Shown one piece after another: positions 21,443-32,778 of a stretch of DNA of 64,000 nt; the first letter of the stretch is position 1, and each line of letters opens with the position of its first letter. The stretch is taken from sequence record PZ386980.1; one strand, given 5' to 3'. The position numbers were made by a program, and so were the translations under genes. The notes below the pieces were generated by a model. The model made no database searches. It was not told the origin of the DNA and was given only the letters and a program-made list of their open reading frames with translations. Origin of the DNA: a phage.

Positions 21443-24400
21443 ATGGCCGAGATTAAAAGAAAGTTCAGAGCAGAAGATGGTCTGGACGCAGGTGGTGATA
21501 AAATAATCAACGTAGCTTTAGCTGATCGTGCCGTAGGAACTGACGGTGTAAACGTTGATTACTTAATTCAAGAAAACACAGTTCAACAATATGATCCAAC
21601 TCGTGGATATTTAAAAGATTTTGTAATCATTTATGATAACCGCTTTTGGGCTGCTATAAATGATATTCCAAAACCAGCAGGAGCTTTTAATAGCGTACGA
21701 TGGAGAGCGTTACGCACTGATGCAAACTGGACAACTGTTTCGTCAGGACCTTATCAATTAAAATCAGGCGAATCGATTTCAGTTAACACCGCAGCGGGTA
21801 ATGACATTACATTTACTTTGCCATCTTCTCCAATTGATGGTGATACTATCGTTCTCCAAGATATTGGAGGAAAACCTGGAGTTAACCAGGTTTTAATTAC
21901 AGCTCCGGTACAAAGCATTGTAAATTTTAGAGGTCAACAAGTACGCTCAGTACTAATGACTCATCCAAAATCACAGATAGTTTTAATTTTTAGTAATCGT
22001 CTGTGGCAAATGTATGTTGCTGATTATAGCAGAGAAGCGGCAGTTGTAACACCGGCAAGTCTTTATCAAGCGCAATCAAACGATTTTATCGTGCGTAGAT
22101 TTACTTCTGCTTCAGCAATTAATATTAAACTTCCTAGATTTGCTAATCATGGGGATATTATTAATTTTGTTGATTTAGATAAATTAAATCCACTTTATCA
22201 CACAATTGTTACCACATATGATGAAACAACTTCAGTACAAGAAGTTGGAACTCATTCCATTGAAGGCCGTACATCTATTGATGGTTTCTTAATGTTTGAT
22301 GATAATGAGAAATTGTGGAGATTGTTTGACGGGGATAGTAAAGCACGTTTACGCATTATAACGACTAATTCTAATATTCGTCCAAATGAAGAAGTCATGG
22401 TATTTGGCGCGAATAATGGAACAACCCAAACAATTGAACTTCAGCTTCCAACTGATATTTCTATCGGTGATACTGTTAAGATTTCCATGAATTATATGAG
22501 AAAAGGACAAACAGTTAAAATCAAAGCTGCCGGTGAAGATAAAATTGCTTCTTCAGTTCAATTGCTGCAATTTCCAAAACGTTCAGAATACCCACCTGAA
22601 ACTAAATGGGTGACTGTTCAAGAATTAGTTTTTAATGGCGAAACCAATTATGTTCCAGTTTTACAGCTTGCTTATATCGAAGATTCCGATGGAAAATATT
22701 GGGTTGTACAGCAAAACGTTCCAACTGTAGAAAGAGTAGACTCTTTAAATAATTCTACTAGAGCAAGATTAGGCGTAATTGCTTTAGCTACACAGGCTCA
22801 AGCTAATGCTGATCTAGAAAATTCTCCACAAAAAGAACTGGCAATTACTCCAGAAACGTTAGCTAATCGTACTGCTACAGAAACTCGTAGAGGTATTGCA
22901 AGAATAGCAACAACTGCGCAAGTAAACCAGGATACCACATTCTCTTTTGCAGATGACCTTATCATCACTCCTAAAAAGTTGAATGAAAGAACTGCTACAG
23001 AAACTCGTAGGGGTGTCGCTGAAATTGCTACGCAACAGGAAACTAATACAGGTACTGATGATACGACAATCATCACTCCTAAAAAGCTTCAAGCTCGCCA
23101 AGGTTCTGAATCATTATCTGGTATTGTAACTTTTGTATCTACTGCAGGTGCTACTCCAGCTTCTAGCCGTGAATTAAATGGTACGAATGTTTATAATAAA
23201 AACACTAATAATTTAGTTGTTTCGCCAAAAGCTTTGGACCAGTATAAAGCTACGCCTACTCAACAGGGTGCAGTAATTTTAGCAGTTGAAAGTGAAGTAA
23301 TTGCTGGTCAAAGTCAAGAAGGATGGGCAAATGCTGTTGTGACGCCAGAAACGTTACATAAAAAGACATCAACTGATGGAAGAATTGGTTTAATTGAAAT
23401 TGCTACGCAAAGTGAAGTTAATACAGGAACTGATTATACTCGTGCAGTCACTCCTAAAACTTTAAATGACCGTAGAGCAACTGAAAGTTTAAGTGGTATA
23501 GCTGAAATTGCTACACAAGTTGAATTCGACGCAGGCGTCGACGATACTCGTATCTCTACACCATTAAAAATTAAAACTAGATTTAATAGTACTGATCGTA
23601 CTTCTGTTGTTGCTCTATCTGGATTAGTTGAATCAGGAACTCTCTGGGACCATTATACCCTTAATATTCTTGAAGCAAATGAGACACAACGTGGTACACT
23701 TCGTGTGGCTACACAAGTTGAAGCTGCTGCTGGAAAATTAGATAATGTTTTAATAACTCCTAAAAAGCTTTTAGGTACTAAATCTACTGAAGCACAAGAA
23801 GGTGTTATTAAAGTTGCAACACAAACCGAAACTGTTGCTGGAACATCGGCAAATACTGCTGTATCTCCAAAAAATTTAAAATGGATTGTGCAGAGTGAAC
23901 CTACTTGGGCAGCTACTACTGCAGTAAGAGGCTTTGTTAAAACTTCATCTGGTTCAATTACATTCGTTGGTAATGATACAGCCGGTTCTACTCAGGACTT
24001 AGAGCTATACGAGAAAAATAGCTATGCAGTATCACCATACGAATTAAACCGTGTATTAGCAAATTATTTGCCATTAAAAGCAAAAGCTGCAGATAGTAAT
24101 TTATTGGATGGTCTAGATTCATCTCAGTTCATTCGTAGGGATATTGCGCAGACGGTTAATGGTTCACTAACCTTAACTCAACAAACGAATCTGAGTGCCC
24201 CTCTTGTATCATCTAGTACTGCTACGTTCGGTGGATCAGTTTCAGCAAATAGTACATTAACTATTTCTAATACTGGAACAGCAACTCGATTGATTTTTGA
24301 GAAAGGACCTCAAACTGGAACAAACCCAGCCCAAACGATGACTGTTAGAGTGTGGGGAAATCAATTTAGTGGGGAATTAGATACAACACGTTCTACCGTA

Positions 24401-25312
24401 TTTGAAGTTAGTGATGAAACATCTAGTCATTTTTATTCTCAGCGCAATAAAGCCGGAAATATAACATTTAATATCAACGGTACAGTAACACCGATAAATG
24501 TTAATGCTTCAGGAACATTGAATGCAAATGGCGTAGCAACATTTGGTAATTCAGTCACTGCAACTGGTGAAATTATTTCTCGAAGCGCAAATGCTTTCCG
24601 TGCTATTAACGGAAATTATGGTTTCATTGTTCGCAATGATGGATCAGTAACGAATTTTATGCTTACTGCATCGGGTGATCAGACTGGTGGATTTAACGGA
24701 TTACGCCCATTAGCTATTAATAATGCATCTGGTCAAGTAACGATTGGTGAAAGCTTAATCATCGCCAAAGGTGCTACTATAAATTCTGGTGGTTTAACTG
24801 TTAACTCGAGAATTCGTTCTCAAGGTACTAAAACATCTGACTTATATACACGTGCGCCAACATCTGATACTGTAGGATTCTGGTCAATTGATATTAACGA
24901 TTCAGCTACTTATAACCAGTTCCCAGGTTATTTTAAAATGGTTGAAAAAACTAATGAAGTGACTGGTCTTCCATATTTAGAACGTGGCGAAGAAGTTAAA
25001 TCTCCTGGTACACTGACTCAGTTTGGTAACACACTTGATTCGCTTTACCAAGATTGGATTACTTATCCAACAACGCCAGAAGCGCGTACCACTCGCTGGA
25101 CACGTACATGGCAGAAAACCAAAAATTCTTGGTCAAGTTTTGTTCAGGTATTTGATGGAGGTAATCCTCCTCAACCATCTGATATTGGTGCTTTACCATC
25201 TGATAATGCTACAATGGGTAATCTTACTATTCGTGATTTCTTACGAATTGGTAATGTTCGCATTATTCCTGACCCAGTGAATAAAACTGTTAAATTTGAA
25301 TGGGTTGAATAA
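21443..25312 (+). CDS. 34: gp34 long tail fibre proximal subunit
   Basis: 1289 aa on plus strand; late promoter TATAAATA at 21401-21408; internal repeats of the ..ITPKKL..TATETRRG..IAT.. type. Confidence 0.92.
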   Translation: MAEIKRKFRAEDGLDAGGDKIINVALADRAVGTDGVNVDYLIQENTVQQYDPTRGYLKDFVIIYDNRFWAAINDIPKPAGAFNSVRWRALRTDANWTTVSSGPYQLKSGESISVNTAAGNDITFTLPSSPIDGDTIVLQDIGGKPGVNQVLITAPVQSIVNFRGQQVRSVLMTHPKSQIVLIFSNRLWQMYVADYSREAAVVTPASLYQAQSNDFIVRRFTSASAINIKLPRFANHGDIINFVDLDKLNPLYHTIVTTYDETTSVQEVGTHSIEGRTSIDGFLMFDDNEKLWRLFDGDSKARLRIITTNSNIRPNEEVMVFGANNGTTQTIELQLPTDISIGDTVKISMNYMRKGQTVKIKAAGEDKIASSVQLLQFPKRSEYPPETKWVTVQELVFNGETNYVPVLQLAYIEDSDGKYWVVQQNVPTVERVDSLNNSTRARLGVIALATQAQANADLENSPQKELAITPETLANRTATETRRGIARIATTAQVNQDTTFSFADDLIITPKKLNERTATETRRGVAEIATQQETNTGTDDTTIITPKKLQARQGSESLSGIVTFVSTAGATPASSRELNGTNVYNKNTNNLVVSPKALDQYKATPTQQGAVILAVESEVIAGQSQEGWANAVVTPETLHKKTSTDGRIGLIEIATQSEVNTGTDYTRAVTPKTLNDRRATESLSGIAEIATQVEFDAGVDDTRISTPLKIKTRFNSTDRTSVVALSGLVESGTLWDHYTLNILEANETQRGTLRVATQVEAAAGKLDNVLITPKKLLGTKSTEAQEGVIKVATQTETVAGTSANTAVSPKNLKWIVQSEPTWAATTAVRGFVKTSSGSITFVGNDTAGSTQDLELYEKNSYAVSPYELNRVLANYLPLKAKAADSNLLDGLDSSQFIRRDIAQTVNGSLTLTQQTNLSAPLVSSSTATFGGSVSANSTLTISNTGTATRLIFEKGPQTGTNPAQTMTVRVWGNQFSGELDTTRSTVFEVSDETSSHFYSQRNKAGNITFNINGTVTPINVNASGTLNANGVATFGNSVTATGEIISRSANAFRAINGNYGFIVRNDGSVTNFMLTASGDQTGGFNGLRPLAINNASGQVTIGESLIIAKGATINSGGLTVNSRIRSQGTKTSDLYTRAPTSDTVGFWSIDINDSATYNQFPGYFKMVEKTNEVTGLPYLERGEEVKSPGTLTQFGNTLDSLYQDWITYPTTPEARTTRWTRTWQKTKNSWSSFVQVFDGGNPPQPSDIGALPSDNATMGNLTIRDFLRIGNVRIIPDPVNKTVKFEWVE

Positions 25313-25320
25313 GAGGTATT

Positions 25321-26436
25321 ATGGAAAAATTTATGGCAGAGTTTGGACAAGGATATGTCCAAACGCCATTTTTATCGGAAAGCAATTCAGTAAGATATAA
25401 AATAAGTATAGCGGGTTCTTGCCCGCTTTCTACCGCAGGACCATACGTTAAATTTCAAGATAATCCTGTAGGAAGTCAAACATTTAGTGCAGGTCTTCAT
25501 TTAAGAGTTTTTGACCCTTCCACGGGAGCATTGGTTGATAGTAAGTCATATGTTTTTTCTACTTCAAATGATACAACATCTGCTGCTTTTGTTAGTTTTA
25601 TGAATTCTTTTTCAAGCAATAGACTTGTTGCTATATTAACTAGCGGAAAGGTTAATTTTCCTCCTGAAGTAGTATCTTGGTTAAGAACGGCAGGAACATC
25701 TGCTTTTCCATCTGATTCTTTATTGTCAAGATTTGACGTATCATATGCTGCCTTTTACACTTCTTCTAAAAGAGCTATCGCACTAGAGCATGTTAAACTG
25801 AGTAACAGAAAAAGCACAGATGACTATCAAACTATATTAGATGTAGTATTTGATAGTTTAGAAGATGTTGGAGCGACAGGATTTCCTAAAAGAACATATG
25901 AAAGCGTTGAGCAATTTATGTCAGCTGTTGGTGGAACTAATAACGAAATTGCACGTCTACCTACAGCATCTGCAATAAGTAAACTTTCTGACTATAATTT
26001 AATTCCTGGAGATGTTCTTTATCTTAAAGCACAACTATATGCTGATGCTGATTTATTAGCGTTGGGAACTACTAATATTTCAATTCGTTTTTATAATGCG
26101 TCGAATGGATATATTTCCTCGACACAAGCTGAGTTTACCGGACAAGCTGGATCTTGGGAATTAAAAGAAGATTATGTAGTTGTTCCTGAAAATGCAGTAG
26201 GATTTACGATATACGCACAGAGAACTGCACAAGCGGGTCAAGGCGGTATGAGAAATTTAAGCTTTTCTGAAGTGTCAAGAAATGGTGGCATTTCAAAACC
26301 TGCTGAGTTTGGCGTCAATGGTATTCGAGTTAATTATATCTGTGAATCTGCTTCACCTCCGGATATAATGGTACTTCCTACGCAAGCATCGTCTAAAACT
26401 GGTAAAGTGTTTGGGCAGGAATTTAGAGAAGTTTAA
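25321..26436 (+). CDS. 35: gp35 long tail fibre hinge protein
   Basis: 371 aa immediately after gene 34; size and position as in T4. Confidence 0.85.
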   Translation: MEKFMAEFGQGYVQTPFLSESNSVRYKISIAGSCPLSTAGPYVKFQDNPVGSQTFSAGLHLRVFDPSTGALVDSKSYVFSTSNDTTSAAFVSFMNSFSSNRLVAILTSGKVNFPPEVVSWLRTAGTSAFPSDSLLSRFDVSYAAFYTSSKRAIALEHVKLSNRKSTDDYQTILDVVFDSLEDVGATGFPKRTYESVEQFMSAVGGTNNEIARLPTASAISKLSDYNLIPGDVLYLKAQLYADADLLALGTTNISIRFYNASNGYISSTQAEFTGQAGSWELKEDYVVVPENAVGFTIYAQRTAQAGQGGMRNLSFSEVSRNGGISKPAEFGVNGIRVNYICESASPPDIMVLPTQASSKTGKVFGQEFREV

Positions 26437-26441
26437 ATTGA

Positions 26442-26468
26442 GGGAGCCTTCGGGTTCCCTTTTTCTTT
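26442..26468 (+). terminator. rho-independent terminator after gene 35
   Basis: plus strand GGGAGCC-UUCG-GGUUCCC (one G-U pair) followed by TTTTTCTTT. Confidence 0.65.
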
Positions 26469-26475
26469 ATAAATA
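26468..26475 (+). promoter_or_regulatory. late promoter of gene 36
   Basis: exact TATAAATA 24 nt upstream of gene 36 ATG, right after terminator hairpin. Confidence 0.7.
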
Positions 26476-26498
26476 CTATTAAAATAAAGGGGCATACA

Positions 26499-27155
26499 AT
26501 GGCTGATTTAAAAGTAGGTTCAACAACTGGAGGCTCTGTCATTTGGCATCAAGGAAATTTTCCATTGAATCCAGCCGGTGACGATGTACTCTACAAATCA
26601 TTTAAAATATATTCAGAATATAATAAACCACAAGCAACTGATAACGATTTCGTTTCTAAAGCTAATGGTGGTACTTATTTAAATAAAGTAATTTTTAATA
26701 AAGGAATGACTGTTCCTGGTGCTGGGTCAGGTGACAACGGTATTTTTGCCGGTCCTGGTGATAATGCCACATATGATACTACAAATATGGATATTGTTTC
26801 ATGGTATGGTATCGGCTTTAAATCATCACAAGGGGCAGCAGGTAGAACTGTAGTAATTAACACACGAAACGGAGATATTAGCTCAAAGGGTGTAATTGAA
26901 GCATCACAAATACGCGCAACTTCGTTATCACCAGTAAATAATTATGACCTTACGAGAAAAGATTATGTTGATGGGGCAATAAATATTGTTACAACAAATG
27001 CAAACTCTAGAGTATTACGCTCTGGAGACACTATGACAGGAAATTTAACTGCGCCAAACCTTTTTTCACAGAATCCTGCATCTCAACCCTCGCATGTTCC
27101 GCGATTTGACCAAATCGTAATTAAGGATTCTGTTCAAGATTTCGGCTATTATTAA
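26499..27155 (+). CDS. 36: gp36 long tail fibre distal connector
   Basis: 218 aa; late promoter TATAAATA at 26468-26475 upstream. Confidence 0.85.
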   Translation: MADLKVGSTTGGSVIWHQGNFPLNPAGDDVLYKSFKIYSEYNKPQATDNDFVSKANGGTYLNKVIFNKGMTVPGAGSGDNGIFAGPGDNATYDTTNMDIVSWYGIGFKSSQGAAGRTVVINTRNGDISSKGVIEASQIRATSLSPVNNYDLTRKDYVDGAINIVTTNANSRVLRSGDTMTGNLTAPNLFSQNPASQPSHVPRFDQIVIKDSVQDFGYY

Positions 27156-27163
27156 GAGGACTT

Positions 27164-30100
27164 ATGGCTACTTTAAAACAAATACAATTTAAAAGAAGCA
27201 AAACGGCAGGTCAACGTCCAGCTGCTTCAGTATTAGCCGAAGGTGAATTGGCTATAAACTTAAAAGACCGTGTACTTTTTACTAAAGATGACCAGGGAAA
27301 TATTATTGATTTAGGTTTTGCTAAAGGCGGTAGTATTGACGGGAATGTTATTCATAAAGGCAATTATAACCAAACTGGCGATTATACTTTAAACGGTACA
27401 TTCGCCCAGACTGGTAATTTTAATTTAACCGGTATTGCTCGAGTAACTCGTGATATTATTGCTGCTGGGCAGATTATGACTGAAGGCGGAGAACTTATTA
27501 CAAAAAGTTCAGGAACGGCACACGTTCGTTTTCATGATTCCGCCGACCGTGAACGCGGTATTATTTTTTCTCCTGCTAATGACGGTTTAACTACACAAGT
27601 AGTTAACATCAGAGTTCAAGATTACAAAGCTAGTTCAGAAAGCACTTTCGCTTTTAATGGAAATGGTTTGTTTTCTTCACCAGAAGTTTTTGGGTGGAAA
27701 TCTGTATCAACTCCGGTAATTTATACCAATAAAGTTATCACCAATAAAAAAGTTAAAGATGATTATGACATCTATTCGATGGCAGACAATGTTCCATTAT
27801 CTGAAAGTACTACTGCTATTAATCATTTACGTGTCATGCGCAATGCAGTTGGTTCTGGTATTTTCCATGAAGTTAAAGATAATGATGGAATAACATGGTA
27901 TAGTGGAGATGGATTAGACGCTTATCTTTGGTCATTTACTTGGAGCGGCGGAATTAAATCAAGTCACTCAATTTCCATCGGTTTAACACCCGGACCTAAG
28001 GATTACTCAATATTAGGACCGTCTAGTATCGCTTTAGGAGATAATGATACTGGATTTAAATGGCATCAAGACGGATATTATTTCAGTGTTAACAATGGCA
28101 CAAAAACGTTTTTATTTAGTCCCAGCGAAACAACTAGCCTAAGAAAATTTGTAGCTGGATATTCTACTAACGGAACCGATTTAACTACTCCTCCAACTGA
28201 AAATTATGCTCTTGCTACTGTCGTGACATATCACGATAATAACGCGTTTGGAGATGGTCAGACTCTTTTAGGATATTATCAAGGCGGTAACTATCATCAC
28301 TATTTCCGCGGCAAGGGTACTACAAACATTAATACTCACGGCGGTTTGTTAGTTACTCCTGGTAATATTGACGTTATTGGTGGTTCTGTTAATATCGATG
28401 GTAGAAATAATGCTTCTACACTGATGTTTAGAGGTAACACAACTGGTAGCAGTTCAGTTGATAATATGACAATTTCTGTATGGGGTAATACGTTTACTAA
28501 TCCTAGTGAAGGCACCCGTAAAAATGTCATGGAAATTTCTGACGCAACTAGCTGGATGAGTTATATTCAAAGACTTACTACTGGTGAAGTAGAAATGAAC
28601 GTTAACGGTTCATTTGAATCATCCGGTGTTACTGCTGGAAATAGAGGAGTTCACACAACAGGCGAAATTTCATCTGGAGCAGTGAATGCTCTTCGCATTT
28701 GGAATGCAGATTATGGAGCCATTTTTAGACGTTCAGAAGGTAGTCTTCATATTATTCCAACTGCTTATGGTGAAGGCAAAAATGGTGATATTGGTCCACT
28801 TCGTCCATTTAGTATAGCTTTAGATACTGGTAAGGTTGTTATTCCAGATTTAGAATCAAGTTATAACACGTTTGCTGCAAATGGCTACATTAAATTTGCT
28901 GGTCATGGGGCTGGTGCCGGCGGTTATGATATTCAGTATTCACAAGCTGCTCCTATTTTCCAAGAAATCGATGATGCTGCTGTAAGCAAATATTATCCTA
29001 TTGTTAAACAGAAGTTTTTAAACGGTAAAGCTGTCTGGTCTTTAGGTACTGAAATTAATTCAGGTACATTTGTTTTACATCATCTAAAAGAAGATGGTTC
29101 ACAAGGCCATACATCAAGATTTAATGCTGATGGTACAGTTAATTTCCCCGATAATGTTCAAGTCGGCGGCGGTGAAGCTACTATTGCTCGTAATGGTAAT
29201 ATCTTCTCTGATATTTGGAAAACATTTACTTCTGCCGGAGAAACCACAAATATTCGCGATGCAATAGCTACTCGTGTTTCTAAAGAAGGCGACACGATGA
29301 CTGGTAAATTGACTTTATCAGCAGGCAATGATGCTCTCGTTTTAACTGCGGGCGAAGGTGCTTCATCACATATCCGTAGTGATGTAGGTGGTACAAATAA
29401 CTGGTATATAGGCAAAGGTGGCGGCGACAGCGGTCTAGGTTTTTACAGTTACATTACACAGGGTGGTGTATACATAACAAATAACGGCGAAATATCGCTT
29501 TCTCCTCAAGGTCAAGGAACATTTAATTTTAATAGAGATCGCATTCATATAAATGGCACACAATGGACTGCACACCAGGGAGGTGGCTGGGGAAATCAGT
29601 GGAACCAAGAAGCTCCGATATTTGTTGACTTTGGTAATGTTGGAAATGATAGTTATTATCCTATTATTAAAGGAAAATCTGGTATTACTAATGAAGGATA
29701 CATATCTGGCGTTGATTTTGGTATGCGACGTATTACTAATACCTGGGCACAAGGTATTATTCGTGTAGGTAATCAGGAAAACGGTTCCGACCCACAAGCT
29801 ATCTATGAATTTCATCATAATGGAGTTCTGTATGTTCCTAACATGGTTAAAACCGGAGCGAGATTATCAGCTGGTGGAGGTGATCCGGTATGGCAAGGCG
29901 CATGCGTTGTTATTGGTGATAATGATACTGGATTAGTTCATGGCGGTGATGGACGAATTAACATGGTTGCAAATGGAGTGCATATTGCTTCATGGTCTTC
30001 ATCCCATCATGAACACACTGGGCTTTGGGCCACCGACGGCGCGTTTTGGACTGAAACCGGAAGAGCTATTATTTCATTTGGACATTTAATTCAACAGAAT

Positions 30101-30475
30101 GACAGCTATTCAACATATGTCCGCGATGTTTATGTCCGTTCTGATATTCGTGTTAAAAAAGACCTTGTTAAATTTGAAAATGCTTCTGAGAAGCTTTCCA
30201 AAATTAACGGTTACACTTATATGCAGAAGCGAGGCCTAGATGAAGAAGGCAATCAGAAATGGGAACCTAACGCCGGTTTAATTGCTCAAGAAGTTCAAGC
30301 TATTTTACCAGAATTAGTTGAAGGTGACCCTGATGGCGAAGCTTTACTTCGTTTGAACTATAACGGTGTAATTGGTTTAAATACAGCTGCAATCAATGAG
30401 CATACTGCAGAAATTGCGGAACTTAAATCAGAAATTGAAGAACTTAAAGCATTAGTTAAATCATTGTTAAAATAA
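27164..30475 (+). CDS. 37: gp37 long tail fibre distal subunit with C-terminal intramolecular chaperone (peptidase S74-like) domain
   Basis: 1103 aa; C-terminus ..[51 protein letters not shown].. resembles autoproteolytic chaperone domains of phage fibres. Confidence 0.88.
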   Translation: MATLKQIQFKRSKTAGQRPAASVLAEGELAINLKDRVLFTKDDQGNIIDLGFAKGGSIDGNVIHKGNYNQTGDYTLNGTFAQTGNFNLTGIARVTRDIIAAGQIMTEGGELITKSSGTAHVRFHDSADRERGIIFSPANDGLTTQVVNIRVQDYKASSESTFAFNGNGLFSSPEVFGWKSVSTPVIYTNKVITNKKVKDDYDIYSMADNVPLSESTTAINHLRVMRNAVGSGIFHEVKDNDGITWYSGDGLDAYLWSFTWSGGIKSSHSISIGLTPGPKDYSILGPSSIALGDNDTGFKWHQDGYYFSVNNGTKTFLFSPSETTSLRKFVAGYSTNGTDLTTPPTENYALATVVTYHDNNAFGDGQTLLGYYQGGNYHHYFRGKGTTNINTHGGLLVTPGNIDVIGGSVNIDGRNNASTLMFRGNTTGSSSVDNMTISVWGNTFTNPSEGTRKNVMEISDATSWMSYIQRLTTGEVEMNVNGSFESSGVTAGNRGVHTTGEISSGAVNALRIWNADYGAIFRRSEGSLHIIPTAYGEGKNGDIGPLRPFSIALDTGKVVIPDLESSYNTFAANGYIKFAGHGAGAGGYDIQYSQAAPIFQEIDDAAVSKYYPIVKQKFLNGKAVWSLGTEINSGTFVLHHLKEDGSQGHTSRFNADGTVNFPDNVQVGGGEATIARNGNIFSDIWKTFTSAGETTNIRDAIATRVSKEGDTMTGKLTLSAGNDALVLTAGEGASSHIRSDVGGTNNWYIGKGGGDSGLGFYSYITQGGVYITNNGEISLSPQGQGTFNFNRDRIHINGTQWTAHQGGGWGNQWNQEAPIFVDFGNVGNDSYYPIIKGKSGITNEGYISGVDFGMRRITNTWAQGIIRVGNQENGSDPQAIYEFHHNGVLYVPNMVKTGARLSAGGGDPVWQGACVVIGDNDTGLVHGGDGRINMVANGVHIASWSSSHHEHTGLWATDGAFWTETGRAIISFGHLIQQNDSYSTYVRDVYVRSDIRVKKDLVKFENASEKLSKINGYTYMQKRGLDEEGNQKWEPNAGLIAQEVQAILPELVEGDPDGEALLRLNYNGVIGLNTAAINEHTAEIAELKSEIEELKALVKSLLK

Positions 30476-30478
30476 TAA

Positions 30479-30496
30479 GAGGGGCTTCGGCCCCTT
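30479..30496 (+). other. CUUCGG-type RNA hairpin between genes 37 and 38 (no U-tract)
   Basis: GAGGGGC-UUCG-GCCCCUU immediately before the GGAGG RBS of gene 38. Confidence 0.55.
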
Positions 30497-30506
30497 GGAG
30501 GTTTAT

Positions 30507-31280
30507 ATGGCAGTAACAGGACCGTGGGTAGGATCGTCTGCAGTAGTTAATACAGGACAAAATTGGATGGGTGGTGCCGCGCAGAGATTGAGAATGGGAA
30601 TTCCGTTTTGGATGAGTAATATGATAGGTCGATCTGTTGAAGTAATTCACACACTTGGAGCGGACCATAACTTCAATGGTCAATGGTTCCGAGATAGATG
30701 TTTTGAGGCAGGTAGTGCACCTATAGTGTTTAATATCACTGGAGATTTAGTATCATATAGTAAAGATGTTCCATTATTCTTTATGTATGGCGATACACCA
30801 AATGAATATGTTACTTTGAATATTCATGGTGGAGTTCATATGTGGGGACGAGGTGGTAACGGTACTGTAAACGGAAACCCAGGCACAAATGGCGGCGATG
30901 TAATCCAAAATGATATCGGCGGAAGACTTCGTATTTGGAACTATGGCGTTATTGCATCAGGCGGCGGCGGCGGTGGTGCAGTGTCATTACAGAATAGCTG
31001 GGCACCAAATGCTACAGCAGGTGGCGGTGGTGGTAGACCGTTTGGCATCGGCGGAGGCGGCGTTAATTGGCCGGGTGGTAATGCTAGTTATGACGCGCCC
31101 GGCGGTGCCGGTTACACTTCCCTATTCGGCGGAGGCAATGGCGGTGATGCTGGAGGTCGGGGTGGAGATGGATGGGGTAATCACTTATCTAGATCCGGCG
31201 GTGGTGCTCCAGGTAGAGCGGTATTCGGTTCTTCACCATCATGGGGTGCAACAGGCACGATCTACGGTTCCTGGATTTAA
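30507..31280 (+). CDS. 38: gp38 tail-fibre adhesin, T2-type with glycine-rich motifs
   Basis: track ORF (TTG at 30495) trimmed to ATG 30507 with GGAGG RBS; polyglycine runs GGGGGG and GGGGG separating short variable segments. Confidence 0.8.
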   Translation: MAVTGPWVGSSAVVNTGQNWMGGAAQRLRMGIPFWMSNMIGRSVEVIHTLGADHNFNGQWFRDRCFEAGSAPIVFNITGDLVSYSKDVPLFFMYGDTPNEYVTLNIHGGVHMWGRGGNGTVNGNPGTNGGDVIQNDIGGRLRIWNYGVIASGGGGGGAVSLQNSWAPNATAGGGGGRPFGIGGGGVNWPGGNASYDAPGGAGYTSLFGGGNGGDAGGRGGDGWGNHLSRSGGGAPGRAVFGSSPSWGATGTIYGSWI

Positions 31281-31299
31281 ATGGTAATACCTCTCAGCA

Positions 31300-31307
31300 T
31301 ATAAATA
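31300..31307 (+). promoter_or_regulatory. late promoter of holin gene t
   Basis: exact TATAAATA about 19 nt upstream of t ATG, RBS AAGGAGG between. Confidence 0.7.
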
Positions 31308-31325
31308 TCCTTAAAAGGAGGGTCT

Positions 31326-31982
31326 ATGGCAGCACCTAGAATATCACTTTCGCCCTCTGATATTCTATTTGGTGTTCTAGATCGCTTGTTCAAAGATAAC
31401 GCTACCGGGAAAGTTCTTGCTTCCCGGGTAGCTGTCGTAATTCTTTTGTTTATGATGGCGATTGTTTGGTATAGGGGAGATAGTTTCTTTGAGTACTATA
31501 AGCAATCAAAGTATGAAACATACAGTGAAATTATTGAAAAGGAAAGAAATGCACGCTTTGAATCTGTCGCCCTGGAACAACTCCAGATAGTTCACATATC
31601 ATCTGAGGCAGACTTTAGTGCGGTGTATTCTTTCCGCCCTAAAAACTTAAACTATTTTGTTGATATTATAGCATATGAAGGAAAATTACCTTCAACAATA
31701 AGTGAAAAATCACTTGGAGGATATCCTGTTGATAAAACTATGGATGAATATGCAGTTCATTTAAATGGACGTCATTATTATTCCAACTCAAAATTTGCTT
31801 TTTTACCAACTAAAAAGCCTACTCCCGAAATAAACTACATGTACAGTTGTCCATATTTTAATTTGGATAATATCTATGCCGGAACGATAACCATGTACTG
31901 GTATAGAAATGATCATATAAGTAATGACCGCCTTGAATCAATATGTGCTCAGGCGGCCAGAATATTAGGAAGGGCTAAATAA
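31326..31982 (+). CDS. t: holin T
   Basis: 218 aa; N-terminal TM (VAVVILLFMMAIVWY) plus large periplasmic domain; matches recalled T4 T; late promoter at 31300-31307. Confidence 0.92.
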   Translation: MAAPRISLSPSDILFGVLDRLFKDNATGKVLASRVAVVILLFMMAIVWYRGDSFFEYYKQSKYETYSEIIEKERNARFESVALEQLQIVHISSEADFSAVYSFRPKNLNYFVDIIAYEGKLPSTISEKSLGGYPVDKTMDEYAVHLNGRHYYSNSKFAFLPTKKPTPEINYMYSCPYFNLDNIYAGTITMYWYRNDHISNDRLESICAQAARILGRAK

Positions 31983-32255
31983 TTATTTGTTCGTATACAT
32001 CTCTAGATATCGATATACACCCTCAAAACCCTCGTTGAATTCGTCGATGAGGGTTTTCTTATCTTCTTGAGTTAATTCAGAAACAATTTTACGGAATGAA
32101 TTCTGATTTAATTTTCTACCTTCATGCATTACTCCAATCTCATTCAGAAATGCAATAAAATTAGCACGATTCTCAACAATATCTTCTCTGGAAAATTTAA
32201 TCAAAATAGACGCAACAGTAATAATTTCACGAACTGTATCAATATTTTTATTCAT
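31983..32255 (-). CDS. asiA: AsiA anti-sigma70 factor
   Basis: 90 aa; MNKNIDTVREIITVASILIKFSREDIVENRANFIAFLNEIG.. matches recalled T4 AsiA. Confidence 0.9.
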   Translation of the reverse strand: MNKNIDTVREIITVASILIKFSREDIVENRANFIAFLNEIGVMHEGRKLNQNSFRKIVSELTQEDKKTLIDEFNEGFEGVYRYLEMYTNK

Positions 32256-32267
32256 TAACTATACCAC

Positions 32268-32420
32268 TCAATTAGTTGACTTTGTTATAATATCATCAGA
32301 CGCTTGATTTGTAAACTGGTCTGTGTTATTTTCTTCAAAAATTTTTTCTACGAATTCCTTGAACGACTCACGTTCCTGAGCTACATTATGCTCGATTACT
32401 TTTTCAAGATTATGACTCAT
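32268..32420 (-). CDS. small acidic protein (50 aa), not in ORF track
   Basis: ATG overlaps arn stop (ATGA); MSHNLEKVIEHNVAQERESFKEFVEKIFEENNTDQFTNQASDDIITKSTN; fills the arn-asiA gap. Confidence 0.4.
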   Translation of the reverse strand: MSHNLEKVIEHNVAQERESFKEFVEKIFEENNTDQFTNQASDDIITKSTN

Positions 32421-32695
32421 TCGAAATAATCTTCAATTTCATAATCATGGACATAAATCATTATAGTTTTTAATACATCATCAATACTTTTTCCTGGTGC
32501 TGGAATTACGTAGAAATATCCTGCTTTTGAGAGGTCTTTATAAGTTCCAATCAAGAAATCATTATTCTCAAGATGTAACTCTTCAACTAATTCATTAACA
32601 ATTGAGTGGTATAAATTTGGTAGAAACTTATATAGCTTTTCTAGAATATCAATTTTGATTGTGTATTGAACCACAGACTGAGAATCAATAATCAT
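32417..32695 (-). CDS. arn: Arn anti-restriction (DNA-mimic) protein
   Basis: 92 aa, acidic; position directly upstream of asiA as in T4. Confidence 0.6.
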   Translation of the reverse strand: MIIDSQSVVQYTIKIDILEKLYKFLPNLYHSIVNELVEELHLENNDFLIGTYKDLSKAGYFYVIPAPGKSIDDVLKTIMIYVHDYEIEDYFE

Positions 32696-32778
32696 AGACC
32701 TTCCCCTTATGTTTCTGTTTGCGATTAGATTCTTTAAACGCTTTCTTCTTATCCTTATGAACAGAAGCTTTATTAAAA

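Noticed and set aside
22798-23101. Two minus-strand track ORFs (92 and 80 aa) inside gene 34, and similar antisense ORFs inside gene 37 (28336-28530, 29158-29415, 29435-29818) and gene 38 (30910-31287)
   Set aside because: Embedded antisense or alternate-frame within long, well-supported tail-fibre genes; no RBS or promoter context; typical spurious ORFs.
22850-23560. Repeated about 100-bp segments within gene 34 (for example actgctacagaaactcgtag at 22861 and 22991)
   Set aside because: They encode the repeated structural motif of the fibre shaft (..ITPKKL..TATETRRG..IAT..); internal protein repeats, not a mobile or regulatory element.
30950-31210. GGC/GGT-rich low-complexity DNA that looks like a simple-sequence repeat
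   Set aside because: It encodes the polyglycine motifs of the gp38 adhesin; it is coding, not a spacer-repeat or microsatellite array.
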